DNA of 63,047 bases, the filler included. It is 14 parts of 14 records of this genome, joined end to end, with 100 filler letters (N's around TTAATTAATTAA, not from the genome) between each part and the next. Parts side by side here need not be neighbours in the genome. Positions count along the whole stretch, not along the records: positions 41,491 to 45,709 come from SRR7504441_25803; positions 45,810 to 50,291 come from SRR7504441_25864; positions 50,392 to 56,962 come from SRR7504441_25886; 11 more parts are not named here. One strand, 5' to 3'. A program made the position numbers and the translations under genes. The notes under the pieces are model-generated. The model was not told the origin of the DNA. It made no database searches and saw nothing but the letters and a program-made list of their open reading frames with translations. This document shows positions 44,501 to 55,800 of this stretch, piece after piece. Position 1 is the stretch's first letter; every line of letters begins with the position of its first letter.

Positions 44501-45709
44501 GAGGCGCTCGACAGGAGCGACGAGATGGGCAACTCGTTGCTGGTCGGGCGGATCCTGGAGAGCCACCTGATGCCCATCTTGATGGAGTACCGCAAGTACG
44601 CGCGCGGGTTTGACGGATCGATGAAGACTCTGGCTACGCTGCAGCAGACTGCGGAGATCAAGGCCACGCTCGAGGCACACCAGGTGGAGGATTGGTCCGG
44701 TGTGGACCTGGAATCGGTGCTCTGGCTGCCAGTGGACCACCTGCACCGGACAGCGGCCGTGCTCGAGGAGATGGTCGACGTGAACAGGCAGGAAGCCGAG
44801 TTCTGCACCCGGAGCTCAGCCAGGCAGCAGACTGGGCACGAGCAGGCGAGCATGTTCAGTGCGAATCTGGAGAAGCTGGAGCGAGTGCGGCAGCAGGTGG
44901 TGAGCACGTGCGAGGTTATGCTCGAGGCCAAGGAGATCAGCAAATCGATGAAGGCGGTCGGCGACCTGCAGGAGGAGCTGTGTGGCGACTTCCACAACTT
45001 TGTGGTCCGAGGCCGGCGCGAGGTGATGAAGGGCCGGCTTGTCAAGCTCAGCGAGACCCAAGGTATCGAGGTGAGCGCCCATCTGTTCCACGACATCCTG
45101 CTCACCGCCACCGACGGCGCCTCGGGCTACAGGGTATTCAGTTCCAAGACCAGCCTGCAGGCGGCCTCGGTCCTCCCGAGCGATCAGCACCCTTGCCAGT
45201 TCCAGCTGCTTGAGCGCGACAATGTGACCGATTTGGTGATCGCCACGCACACGTTTGAGGCCGCCAGCCGCCAATCGGCAGCCGACTGGTGCGCGAAGAT
45301 CAGGACTGTGGCGGCCGTGCTTAGTCAGACTGTGCGGTCCAAGGTGGTGGAGGTGCAGGAGAGGGTGCCGGGCGCGATCCTGGCCAAGCAGCAGGAGATG
45401 CTCGGACACCAGGTGGTCCAGCTGCAGCGCGAGATCAAGATGCTCAGCGAGGAAGAGCTCAAGTTCGACAACAAGCTCCAGACCACCATGAGCGAGTTCG
45501 AGGGCCTGCGTGTGCGCCAATGGGATATTGACTACGACAGAATGAAAGTGGGCCTGAGCCTGGATGATCGCACCAAGGCAGCCCTGGAGGAGTCGGCCTT
45601 GCCGGACGCCCAGAGCAAGTTTGCACCGGACAGCAACAAGCTGGAGGAGGGCAAACAGCAGCACCGGGAGCAGCAGATCGCAGCGGTTGGCAAGATACTG
45701 GACTCGCTC
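41595..45709 (+). CDS. RhoGEF with IQ motif and two DH-PH tandems plus coiled coils, 3' truncated
   Basis: ILIQRKWRRIL (IQ); IFFGVEEILKCH...DLPSLLFMPFRYMQR (DH1); ARDGWLHSF (PH1); VLGNLGTMLRAH...DLESVLWLPVDHLHR (DH2); HLFHDILL...AADWCAKI (PH2); short introns near 42547-42773. Confidence 0.85.
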
Positions 45710-46446
45710 NNNNNNNNNNNNNNNNNNNNNNNNNNNNNNNNNNNNNNNNNNNNTTAATTAATTAANNNNNNNNNNNNNNNNNNNNNNNNNNNNNNNNNNN
45801 NNNNNNNNNCAGTCGTTGCCCGATGCGAGCAGCTGTGAGTGCCATGTAGTGCATCCCCCTGAGATGTGCAGGGTGGCCTGTAGCCCGTCGTCGATTCGGC
45901 AACCTCTGTCGATCACGGGACTCAACGCGGCGACGCTGTGCTCGCCACTTTGGCGTGTGAACCTGGCACCTGCCACGCCCTCGGGTCACCGACACAGGAA
46001 CAGCATGATGCAAACGAGGATGGCAGGATCAGCCGCAGTAGCAGCAGCCCCAACCACCCCCACGAGCCGCAGTCGGCGCATCGGGCAGGGCCAACCCGCT
46101 GCGAGCGCGACCGGCCGGCCGGGCACCCCTGTTCGCGGCCAGATCCGACGATACCACGGGGGAGAGAGGTGGTGCCTCCGAGCACCCAGGGGAGGCCTCA
46201 GCAGCATCACGACAGGCACAGGAGAGCAGCAGGCCCGAAGACCAGAGGGCCGGAGCGTCGAGGGCTGCGACACTGATACGGACCCGCGCTCAGACACAGG
46301 GGGAGGTGGGCCACATGCAGCGGGGAGGCACACCTGCGGCCTCTGGGGAGGCGCGGCCTCGGGAAGCATTGAGCATGGCCATCTGCAGGGAGCTGGCGGT
46401 GTCGGCCTGGTATGGTGTCTCGAGGCAGATACATTAACTCTTCGAG

Positions 46447-47040
46447 ATGACGTCCGGAGTGCCCCGGGAAGAGGCAGCCCAGCATTTCAGCCACTACCTT
46501 GCTCGAATTCCCGCCGTATTTACGATTTGTAGTCTTAGCTTTATTTCTAGTTCTACGGACAGCCCTGGTATACATATACAGCTGAGTTGGAACAGGCTAA
46601 TTCGGTCCACAGGGGTGCCCGCGCAAGCGGTGATGCAGGACGAGATGCTGATCGGCAAGCGGGTGATAGCCAACGAGCTCTGGAACGCTCACAACATGCA
46701 GCACTCACTTGGCAAGCCGGCCCCCACGGCAGACGAGCGGATCGCCTCGGTGGATAAGCTGATGGAGATGGCCCAGCAGCACGGGGCCTTCATGCGCGAG
46801 TACGAGCGCTGCCGGCGGGCCCACTGGACGGAGGTGCAGCGCGGGTCGGGCCAAGTGCTCTCTTGCATCTCGAGGCCGATTGGCCCAATGGCCCAGCCGA
46901 TCTTTACGCACCACCCAGTGCAGATGCACAAGTCCAATGGCCGGCGGGCAAGTACCAGGAACGAGCTGTTCGAGTTGAGGAGACTCGAATACACTGAGGC
47001 GCAACGCAAGCAAGAGTACGATCGGATGATGAAAGGGTGA
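46447..47040 (+). CDS. Hypothetical protein (only the 3' part looks coding)
   Basis: GC3-biased codons from about 46600 to TGA 47040; no motif; start uncertain. Confidence 0.35.
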   Translation: MTSGVPREEAAQHFSHYLARIPAVFTICSLSFISSSTDSPGIHIQLSWNRLIRSTGVPAQAVMQDEMLIGKRVIANELWNAHNMQHSLGKPAPTADERIASVDKLMEMAQQHGAFMREYERCRRAHWTEVQRGSGQVLSCISRPIGPMAQPIFTHHPVQMHKSNGRRASTRNELFELRRLEYTEAQRKQEYDRMMKG

Positions 47041-47620
47041 CTTGCGCGTCCATTCAATCGATTAGGACGAGCTCACGGTAGAGATTTATACCATGCGTAG
47101 TTCATTCACCTATAATAGAACCATGTAGCTAGTTTACACTAAGTTTGATTTCAATCTCAACCGTTGAGGGGATCCCTCACGAACATCTCGCATCGAGTTT
47201 GGACACGTTAATCACGACTTACCAACCTGCGTGGAGTTGGCGAGAGACCCGACGAGCTAATCGTTATGGCTCGAGGTTGCGGAGTGACGCATAATTGATT
47301 ACAAATGGCCGACTCACGAAATTAGACTCTTTTCGACTAGCTCGCAGAAGTGAGAACAGCACAAAGAGAGAAGTAAGCGGAGTCGCGGTAAGCTGTTAAT
47401 TCAGTAACCCTGACGGCGTCGCTAGTGCCTACTATGGCCCGAAACCAGTCAGGGCGCTGAACGCGGCCGTTCCGCGCACTACTGCTTGGCAGGGTAAGTT
47501 GTCGACTCCTCACCTGCCGGCCCCCGATGATCAGTCGCCGCAGCCAGACCAGCCGGCCCTCTACCCACGCGCCCCGTCTCCCCCTTCCCACCCGTCGACA
47601 CCAAGTTTCGAGGCCCACGC

Positions 47621-47979
47621 CTAGAGCCGGATGCGAGCTGCGACAGGCGGGGGCTCGGCCCGCCCACTCGTCATCCCCCGGGCCCGGGCGTCGGAGGGGG
47701 TGGAGGGTGTGTCACCGTTGCCGACCCGCTCGCCCTTGTTCCAGGCCTGCAGGATGTAGCTCAGCTGCTCGTGCTTGACCGCCTGCCGTCCAATCAGTCC
47801 CCCGCCCCCTGCCGCTCGCCGCAGATAGCCATTCACAGAGGAGGGGGCGGTACCGCGGCCTTGGCCTCGGGCTTGAGGCAGTTGCGCACTATCGTGGTGG
47901 TGCTGCCCCCCTCGGTTCAAAACTCACCCGCCCGGCCGCCTCACCTGTTGAGCACGCGCAGGAAGCCCGGCTTGGACAT
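47621..47979 (-). CDS. ATP5F1E: Mitochondrial F1-ATP synthase epsilon subunit, 55 aa, 4 exons
   Basis: Splicing three GT-AG introns gives MSKPGFLRVLNSTTTIVRNCLKPEAKAAAVKHEQLSYILQAWNKGERVGNARIRL, matching the epsilon pattern VRNCLK...A...E......W..G. Confidence 0.8.
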
Positions 47980-48013
47980 TGCTGTTGTCTATCGCGAACG
48001 CCTCAACGGCACG

Positions 48014-49815
48014 ATGACGAAGCGCGGGCTCGACCGACTCGTTCTGCCGCTGCTGGCCGTGGCGCTGTCGGTGGCGCGGGCCGAGGAGACGAGCACGGAC
48101 CCGCCGGGCGCTCTGCTCACTGAGTTCACCCCTCGCGCCGACGGCATCTCCGGTGCGCCCACAGCCCAGCTGCGCCCCTCGAGCGGCCGAACGATCTTTA
48201 TTAAGGCTACCGGCTTTAGTGCGGCCGGCCGGCTGGCAATAGTAGTTGCCCGAGTGCCTATGTCCAGTCCTCTACGCGCGCCAGTACTGTGCCACTTGCG
48301 AGCGCCCGGGCTGCCGGCCGGCTCGCTCTGGATGATGTGTTGCTAAGATCTGGGACGGCAGGCAACTTCGACTACGTCGGGGCGGCCCGCTTCCTGGGCG
48401 AAGAGGAGGGGGTGGAGATCTCGGCCAACGAGGAGAACTCCGTCGGGGCCATCTGGTCCAAAGAGGTCCCCCCTGACTAGCCTGTCGTGTGTCGTGTCGG
48501 GCGTGCTGTGACTGGTGGTCATCGATCAGGTGAACCACGCGGACGGCTGGGAGCTCCAGTTCCTGCTGCACACCACTGGCGAGACCGACTCGCCCGGTGC
48601 CGCCGCCCTTCAGGAGGCTGGGTCTGGAGCCTGTGCTGCAGGCAAGGGGCTCGCCTTCTGGTACACCAACCAGCCGCTCGAGATCGGCACCCTGTACGGC
48701 AGCGAGGAGCGGTGCGCCGGCCGGGCCGGGATGGAGCTGAGCCGGCGGGCAGATTTGAGGGGTTCGGGCTGCTCTTTGATTCGCACGATGACGACGGCAA
48801 GGTGGGCGGCCGGCCTACCTCTGGCTGAGCTCTGCTGGTCAGAATGATAACCCGATCATCATGGGCTTTATGAACGACGGGACCAAGGTCGCCGTGCCGG
48901 GGCTGCTGGGGGTTGACCGTTGGGGTTTAGGTGTTCAACCACGACACTGACGGGCTGGGCACTCGATTTGGCGGGTGTCGGGCCAAGTACAGGAACCGTG
49001 GCAACAAGGTCGGGGTCAAGATCAGCTACCAGCAGGACTCGATCAAGGTGCTGCTCGACATGCGGAACAACGGGGTCTGGGAGCGCTGCCTGGCCAAGGA
49101 CTCGATCTACCTGTCGACCGGCTCGCACATCGGCTGGTCGGCCGCCAACATGGTCGACAAGGTGGGCGACCAGGTCAGGATCTCGGACATCAAGTTCTAC
49201 GACCTAGAGACCGACAAGGCCATCGCCGCCCAGGAGGCCGAGATCGCCAAGCAGGAGGAGGAGGAGCGCAAGTCGCGGACCGAGTCCGGCGAGATCCACA
49301 ACCTGGCAGAGCAGATCACCGGGATGCAGAAGAACCTGCACGACGAGTTCCTCCAGAAGATCGCCGAAATGATCCAGCGGGACCACGTCACCTCCTCGCA
49401 CGAGTTCCGGTCGATCCGGTTCCAGCTGAGCTCGATGCTCGAGAAGAGCAACTCGCCCAAGGAGAGCCTCGATGAGCTGCACGCCTCGATCACCCAGCTC
49501 AAGGAGCTGTTCCAGGGGGTGACCACCGAGCTGGAGGCGCTCAAGGAGGCCCGGGGCAACTCGGAGGACATCAAGTCGCTCACGCGCAACATCGCGAGCA
49601 TCAAGAACACCGTCGACTCTCACGCGAGCACCCAGGGCGGGATCAAAGATACGATCAAGGAGCACATCCAGAACGTGGACAAGATCGCCGACTCGGCCGG
49701 GGGCGGGGGCACCTCCTGGACTGTGCTCATCCTGTTCCAAGTCATGTTTGTGATCGCGCTGGTGCTCTGGAAGCGGCAATCCTCCGGGAGCTCGGAAAAG
49801 AGCCACATGATCTAG
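48014..49815 (+). CDS. Type I membrane L-type lectin, ERGIC-53/VIP36 family, multi-exon
   Basis: Signal peptide; GAIWSK; GKGLAFWY; FEGFGLLFDSHDDDG; NDG...FNHDTDG...GGCRAKYRN; coiled-coil stalk; TM WTVLILFQVMFVIALVLW; short cytosolic tail. Confidence 0.88.
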
Positions 49816-50201
49816 GCGAACGGCATCCGTCTGCTGACCGCTCCCGCGCTAGAATCATCCATCCGACCCACTAGCACTCAAAGTACTCTAAGAACCAACG
49901 GAGAAGATGAGTAGTTTCAAGACTAATCGACTAATCACAAGCTCGGTGTTTTAGTACAAACTCATAATATCATGTTTGCGCTGACATGAAGCTTTAGTAG
50001 TTCTCGTAGTAGCACGGCGCGGCCATACAGACCAATGGTTTGTACCCATCGTTGTGATCCTGATCGTGCATTCAGAGAGCGTCAAGTTGAACTGCGCCAA
50101 AGTTAAAATGCTTGACCAAACAAACGGCCAGTATTTCAGATCTCCCGCCAAGTATTGGGCGGCTCAGGGCGGCCGAGGGTTGAGAGGGTGAGCCGCACGC
50201 C

Positions 50202-50291
50202 ATGGAACCAGTCATGTCCGCCAAGCGCAAGCGGCTCGAGGAGGAGGTCATCTGCCGCATCTGCTACGCCGAGGAGTTCGCCGAGGGCAAC
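50202..50291 (+). CDS. 5' fragment of a RING-CH (MARCH-type) protein
   Basis: MEPVMSAKRKRLEEEVICRICYAEE; CRIC is the typical RINGv start; cut by the contig end. Confidence 0.55.
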
Positions 50292-50391
50292 NNNNNNNNN
50301 NNNNNNNNNNNNNNNNNNNNNNNNNNNNNNNNNNNTTAATTAATTAANNNNNNNNNNNNNNNNNNNNNNNNNNNNNNNNNNNNNNNNNNNN

Positions 50392-52271
50392 ACAACGGAC
50401 GGCCGAGCTGGAGCGGCAGCTCGCTGCAGACCAGAGGGAGCTGGCTGAGTTGAGTGAGCAGGCTGCAGGTCGTTCCCTGTTATGAGCATCTTTTTATCGG
50501 CAAGGTGCAGGGCGGAAAATGGCGGCTACGTCGCTGCGAGAGGTGGAGGATAGGCATGCCAAGGTGCTCCAGCAAGAAACAGCCAAAGTGGAGGAGCTGG
50601 TTTTGATTGTGGAAGAGATGGTGAGAACTGTTTATACTTAGTATTTCCTTTTCATCTCCATTTTCAGGCTAGAGAACGGGAGGCGCTTGAGTCAGCTACA
50701 AGGAACTGGGCTGTGACGGTTGAAATGGCGATTGAGAGGATCGGGCTTCGTGCTGGGATGCAAGGCATTCCCTGGCTAGTGAGCTGTGCCCTTATTGCGA
50801 GGGTTTTACAGCACAATTTGCCAGCCGGCAGCTGGAGGTGAGCCAGCAGCAGCGGAACCGAGAAGCCAAGGGGAGATTACAGGCATTCCCTTCTTAGGAA
50901 TCTTTCGCTTGGACGTTCGCTTACAGCACGGTTGCAGCTGCAGGAAGATGTGGCCCAGCTGCGGCTCAATCTACTTCAAGAGGAGAGTGCAAGGATGCAT
51001 GCCGAGAAGTCGCCATATCTGCAGTCCCCGCCGCCTGAGGTGTTCTTGTAAAGAAATTGAAACAAATTAACACATTTTACTTTGAAGGGAATCAAGACTC
51101 CAACTTTTAGGTCACCGCAGGCAGAACATTCGCCGTGCCGCCAGTCTCCTAGGGTGCCATCACGGCGGATTGCTCCGTTGGCTGTTTTCCAAGGACATCT
51201 GCAGGCTGTGCTTGCGCTGCTTGTTGCCAACAAGAAACTTTACACCGGATCGCAAGATGCTTGCTTGCGTTGCTTTGAGCTGGGCTCCAATGAGTGCATC
51301 CAAGTATTCCAAGGCCACACTGCTGCTGTGTCCGATCTATGCATCCAAGGCAGCCTACTATTCTCGTCTGCCCATGACGGCACGGTAAGACCGACTTATT
51401 TAGGGAATAGCCAGCCAATTTCTTCTTATTCAAACTGGGAATGACTGAGCTTGGATTGGTGCGTGCAGGTCAGACAATGGGATGCCGAAACTGGAGAAGC
51501 GACCCGGGTGTACAGGGCTGCTGGCCACCTGACCTGCTGCTGCGTGATGGGCGACTATCTTTGGATCGGCTCCCGAGGAGTTAAGGCTCTGCACTGCTGG
51601 TCGATAGGCAAGTCGTCCCTCATTAAAAAGGCGCTGACAAACACCGCAGAGAAGGCTGAGCCCATCTCCGCGTTGTGTCACTCGAGTAACAGCTCTGGTA
51701 GTGTATCTGCACTGCATGATGTGGATGGATTGCTGATTGCCGGCCGAGATTCTGGCGAAATCCGAGCAGAGTTTGACGCTTCCGCTTCCACCACCAATCA
51801 GGTCACCTCACGTGTTTTCAGCGGACATCTCCAGGAGGTAACTACATTGACTGATGATCGAGACAGCAGCAACTCGGCCCGGTAGGGAGTGGCTCTGGCA
51901 CTTTCCTAATTGCCTGCAGGCTGTACTCTGCTAGCCGGGATTGCACAGTCAAGCAGTGGTGTCTGCAGAGCACGCTGTGTCTTAAATCGTTTGTCGGGCA
52001 TCTAAGTGTAGTACGATCCCTTGCGCTGGTGAAAGGTAAGCTCCTCTCGGGCTCTTCAGATGGCACAGTGCGGAGCTGGGATGTGAATGAGGGTAATATT
52101 TATCTCTGTCTCTGATCATGAACTAACTGACCCACAGGTAATTGCGTTGCCATCTCAAAAGTTCATGAGGCTGCTGTGACTGCGATCGTGGTCTATACCG
52201 GCAAATTGTTTGTTGCATGTGCAGATGGAAATGTACTGATGGCACTCACTGGTTTCGACGCGTGTGAATGA
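50392..52271 (+). CDS. Coiled-coil + WD40-repeat protein, 5' truncated, multi-exon
   Basis: VFQGHLQAV...LYTGSQDACLR; FQGHTAAV...LFSSAHDGT|VRQWD; FSGHLQEV; LYSASRDCTVKQW; FVGHLSVV...LLSGSSDGTVRSWD. Confidence 0.85.
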
Positions 52272-52842
52272 GGAGTGTGGTCAAGATATATCGTAATCCT
52301 CGTTTTGAAAGCCACGGTCGCGGCTGTAAATTGAATTAAGAATTGCGGTGTCGAGACATTATAGGTGCTCGGTTCGGATACGGCTGTCCGGTTCTGATAC
52401 AGTTCATATAATTATACAAATACAACAATTATCTTAGAATACTTGCTACGTTTGCGCTTAAATCATCTGGGGTCCGCCATCTAATAAATGTAACTGAAAG
52501 AGGAGTACTCGTACGAGTAGAGTACGAGGTGATGCAGAATGCAAAAGGATCATCATGTAGCCTCCGTGCAGGAATGCTAGTCATTTGCAACTGGCTACTT
52601 ACGGGCATAGGGATGCTCATACTCAAGTAATACTCAAGCACTGTAAAGCAAAAGCCATCAGGGTCGTGTGGCTACGACATAATCAGGACGCTTGCCAATC
52701 CATGAAGACACGCGGGCTTGGATTCGCATAGAATGACGCACAAATCTTTAGCTTGGGAAGCCACCAACAAAGTTTGAAACAGTTATCCGCCTTCCACCAA
52801 GCAATATTGAAGTATTGAACGCTGGTCTCGTTGTATCGAGCA

Positions 52843-55800
52843 CTACTTCTGCTGCTTACACGAGAACTTGTGGTCAGAAGACCAGTGCTTTTTTTGGCAC
52901 GATTTGGAGCAATAAAACACTGATTTACACCGACTGCATGCAGAAAGCTTCCCCTCGCGCCCTTCTTTGCCACAGTTGGCACAAGTGAGTAGCATCAGAT
53001 GGTTGTGAGTAAGAGCGTGAGAAAGAACGCGATCCCCGCGCTTAATTCGAGGGGCTTCGACAAGGGCCACACTGAGCGAAGTTGCCTCGATCTTTGAGCG
53101 GAGCTCGACCGAGAGAAGCCCCTCGAAATCATTCTGCGGGATAGTATTCGCAATGCTTACACCTAAGTTGTGTGATAGGCTGGCAGTATTTACCATGTGC
53201 ATGGCTTGTGAAGTCTCCACGTACATTTGCGATACCACATCTGTGCGCACTGCTACATCTTCAAGCTCCAAAGCCTGACTGGCCTGAACTGTAAATGCTG
53301 ATTCATCGCCCTGCATCTTCCTCTGGGCATCCATAGCCTTAAGCACTTATGTCTTATGCTCGTCGAATCTTCGGATCTGCTTCGGAGGAACCAGGAAGAC
53401 ACCGAAGTCTGTGAGCTGTGTGCGTCCAACATCGACACTATCAATCACTTGCAGTACTTCTGCTGCATTATGACTGACACCGGGCCGAGAACTTGCTGCA
53501 CAAGCAACAATGAAGGCAATTTCAGAGGGCGACAACATTTCTACAAAGGTATCCAAAATAACGCCAGTATCGTTGCCACAAATTTGCTCAAGTGCCTTGC
53601 AGCGCAGGCACTCGCATGTAGAAGCGGTGGGCAGCAAACTCAAGAGACAGCAACTAAGAGTTTCAAACACTTCAGCGAGGTATTCCTCACTCGTATAATT
53701 TGAACCAGACAGATTTGAGTTAAAAACTGCATCTTTGGCGTGCATGCCTCCTTTTAACATCGCTGGAAGCACTAAGACCCATTGCGGGTACAGGGCAGCT
53801 TGAATTCGGTCGCGATTTTCCTGTTGTGAAGAATCAAAGCTTTGTGCCGGGCAAATACTAGTCTAACCAAATACCTGGCTACAGTAGAACTTATCTTTGC
53901 CACAGCCTCGAGCAACAGTCACCAGTTTGCCGCCTTTGGAATAAAGGCTGCCACTGCACATTTGATGGTAAAAGGCGAGAGCATCAATAAGGATCTTTGC
54001 ATCTTCGGAGGCAAAGTTGACTAGCGTGGCAGTGATGGCGTCGCAGACAAGTACCAGGGTGTCGGGTTGGAGTTTGTGCAGGCCCTTTTCAGGCTTCAGG
54101 TGCGCGAGCGACGGGGCACAGTTGAGAAGTGCGATCACACAGGCTTCCCTTGCGTATAGAAATTCTGCCATCGTTTCCTTGCACTCCGAGGATGGCTTAG
54201 CATGGGCTGGAATAGCGATCACGTAGGCAGCAATATGGCAAATCATGCGATCAAAGCTTGGAGACTGAATAATGTATCGATGGCTTTCTATGAACTCTGG
54301 CGCTGCTGTGGTTTGTGAGAAATCTCGATTAGGATTCAGCCCTTGGAGCAGATGCTGAAACAAGAAATGAACACCGAACGGAGATTCAGTACAAATTGAT
54401 TCAAAGACAGGGTTGGCAATCGCGGCCACAAGAGTGGCCAGGCCTGCCAAACCAGTTCACAAGAAGTAGCAATAAACCAGAAGAGCTACCTCCGGCATGC
54501 GCGAACTCTTTGAAATGAGATTCTCCAGCATCGTGCAGGACACTTGAAGCTATCATGAAGGCCCTCGGGTGTTGTAGTACATCACAGCTGCGGAGCACAA
54601 ATTGAATCAGCTTCAGTCTAATACATTGCCGTAAGGGTTTTAGCTATTTCGATTTACGGAGAAAAGTCGGATACCCGTCCAGCAGTAGAGCGAGCACCCT
54701 GCCATTGAACTTTGCTAGAACCCCGCCAGCGCCCACGAAGCTTGAGAAGACCCCTGGCCATAGGTCTTGAAAATCAGGAGTGGTGAGAAGGCTGTGAACT
54801 CCGGACATTCCAACACACCATGGATGCGCCGGCTCTGGAATACAGCACAGGCTATCTATGTGATACCTGTGATGGCGTTCCTGTGGCGGAATCGTCTGAT
54901 CAACAGGAAATATGGTCTCAGCGGCACTGTCGATCCACTCTCTTGCAAGCTGCCGAATCTGTGGATGGTCATTCTCTTCGAGTTCACCCATCAACTGCTG
55001 CAGCGTGGGCTTACGCGGTTTGCAAGTTCGCAGCCCTTTCTGGAAACGCTTCCACCTGTTCTTTACTTGCTGATTTTCCTCCCAGTCCGATGTAGGCAGT
55101 ACTGGTGTCTTTTTCCAAATCTTGGTTGCTGCGTCTGCAGAATCATGCCTGAGTGATACTTCAGACTGTGAATTTGGCAGCACTACGATGCTTTCAATGT
55201 GCCCCTCGGGGATCGGTTCGACCATGCCATTGGCGCGGAGCTGCTTATACCAATATGGGTGTTCTTTCCGGAGCAAGCGGACCATATCTTTTGGTGCAGC
55301 ATTGGCGACCAACGCAGCGATCTCCAATGCAGCAGGAGATGTGTTCATCGTGCAATAGAATAGAGGAAGTCCATGCAATGTGCTGCTGACCGTAAGTGCA
55401 TCTGGATGCAGCTCAAGTAGCTCTGTGATCAGTGGCGGGTGGCTGGAGTAGCAGCATGCTAGATGCAAGGGGAGCTCACCCTGGAGATTAGCTGCTGTAG
55501 TGATAGGCCCAGCCCTCAACAGGGTGCGGACAATCTGGAATGCGGCTGCACTCGTATTCTTGCAGGCAAGGTGCAAACACGTGTCTTCTGTGACACCTGG
55601 CTGTACAACCTGGTCCAAGGCCCTGGGCTCGAGTTCGATCAAGAGCTGTACAGCCTCGGCAGATGACGCTCCACACGCCAAGTGAAGAGGTAGCATTCCG
55701 CGCTGGTCAGGCATAAAGAGCCCGGCTGGACCCGCCTCAGCAAGAGCAGAGATGACGGAGACGTCTGGGGATTGAGAACTGGCCGTTGGGAGCCCACCCA

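Noticed and set aside
45810-46446. Possible gene or retroelement remnant in overlapping ORFs
   Set aside because: No recognisable domain, consistent codon bias or terminal repeats; cannot be supported.
47400-47500. U1 snRNA (ACTTACC on the minus strand), hammerhead ribozyme (CTGA...GAAA) or tRNA
   Set aside because: No U1 loop I/II or Sm-site motifs; the core is CTGACGG rather than CTGANGA and lacks stem II closure; no T-loop or D-loop consensus.
53347-53349. In-frame TAA between collinear ORFs suggesting stop-codon reassignment or readthrough
   Set aside because: It lies inside a plausible 54-nt GT-AG intron, and TAA, TAG and TGA all terminate conserved genes elsewhere in the window.
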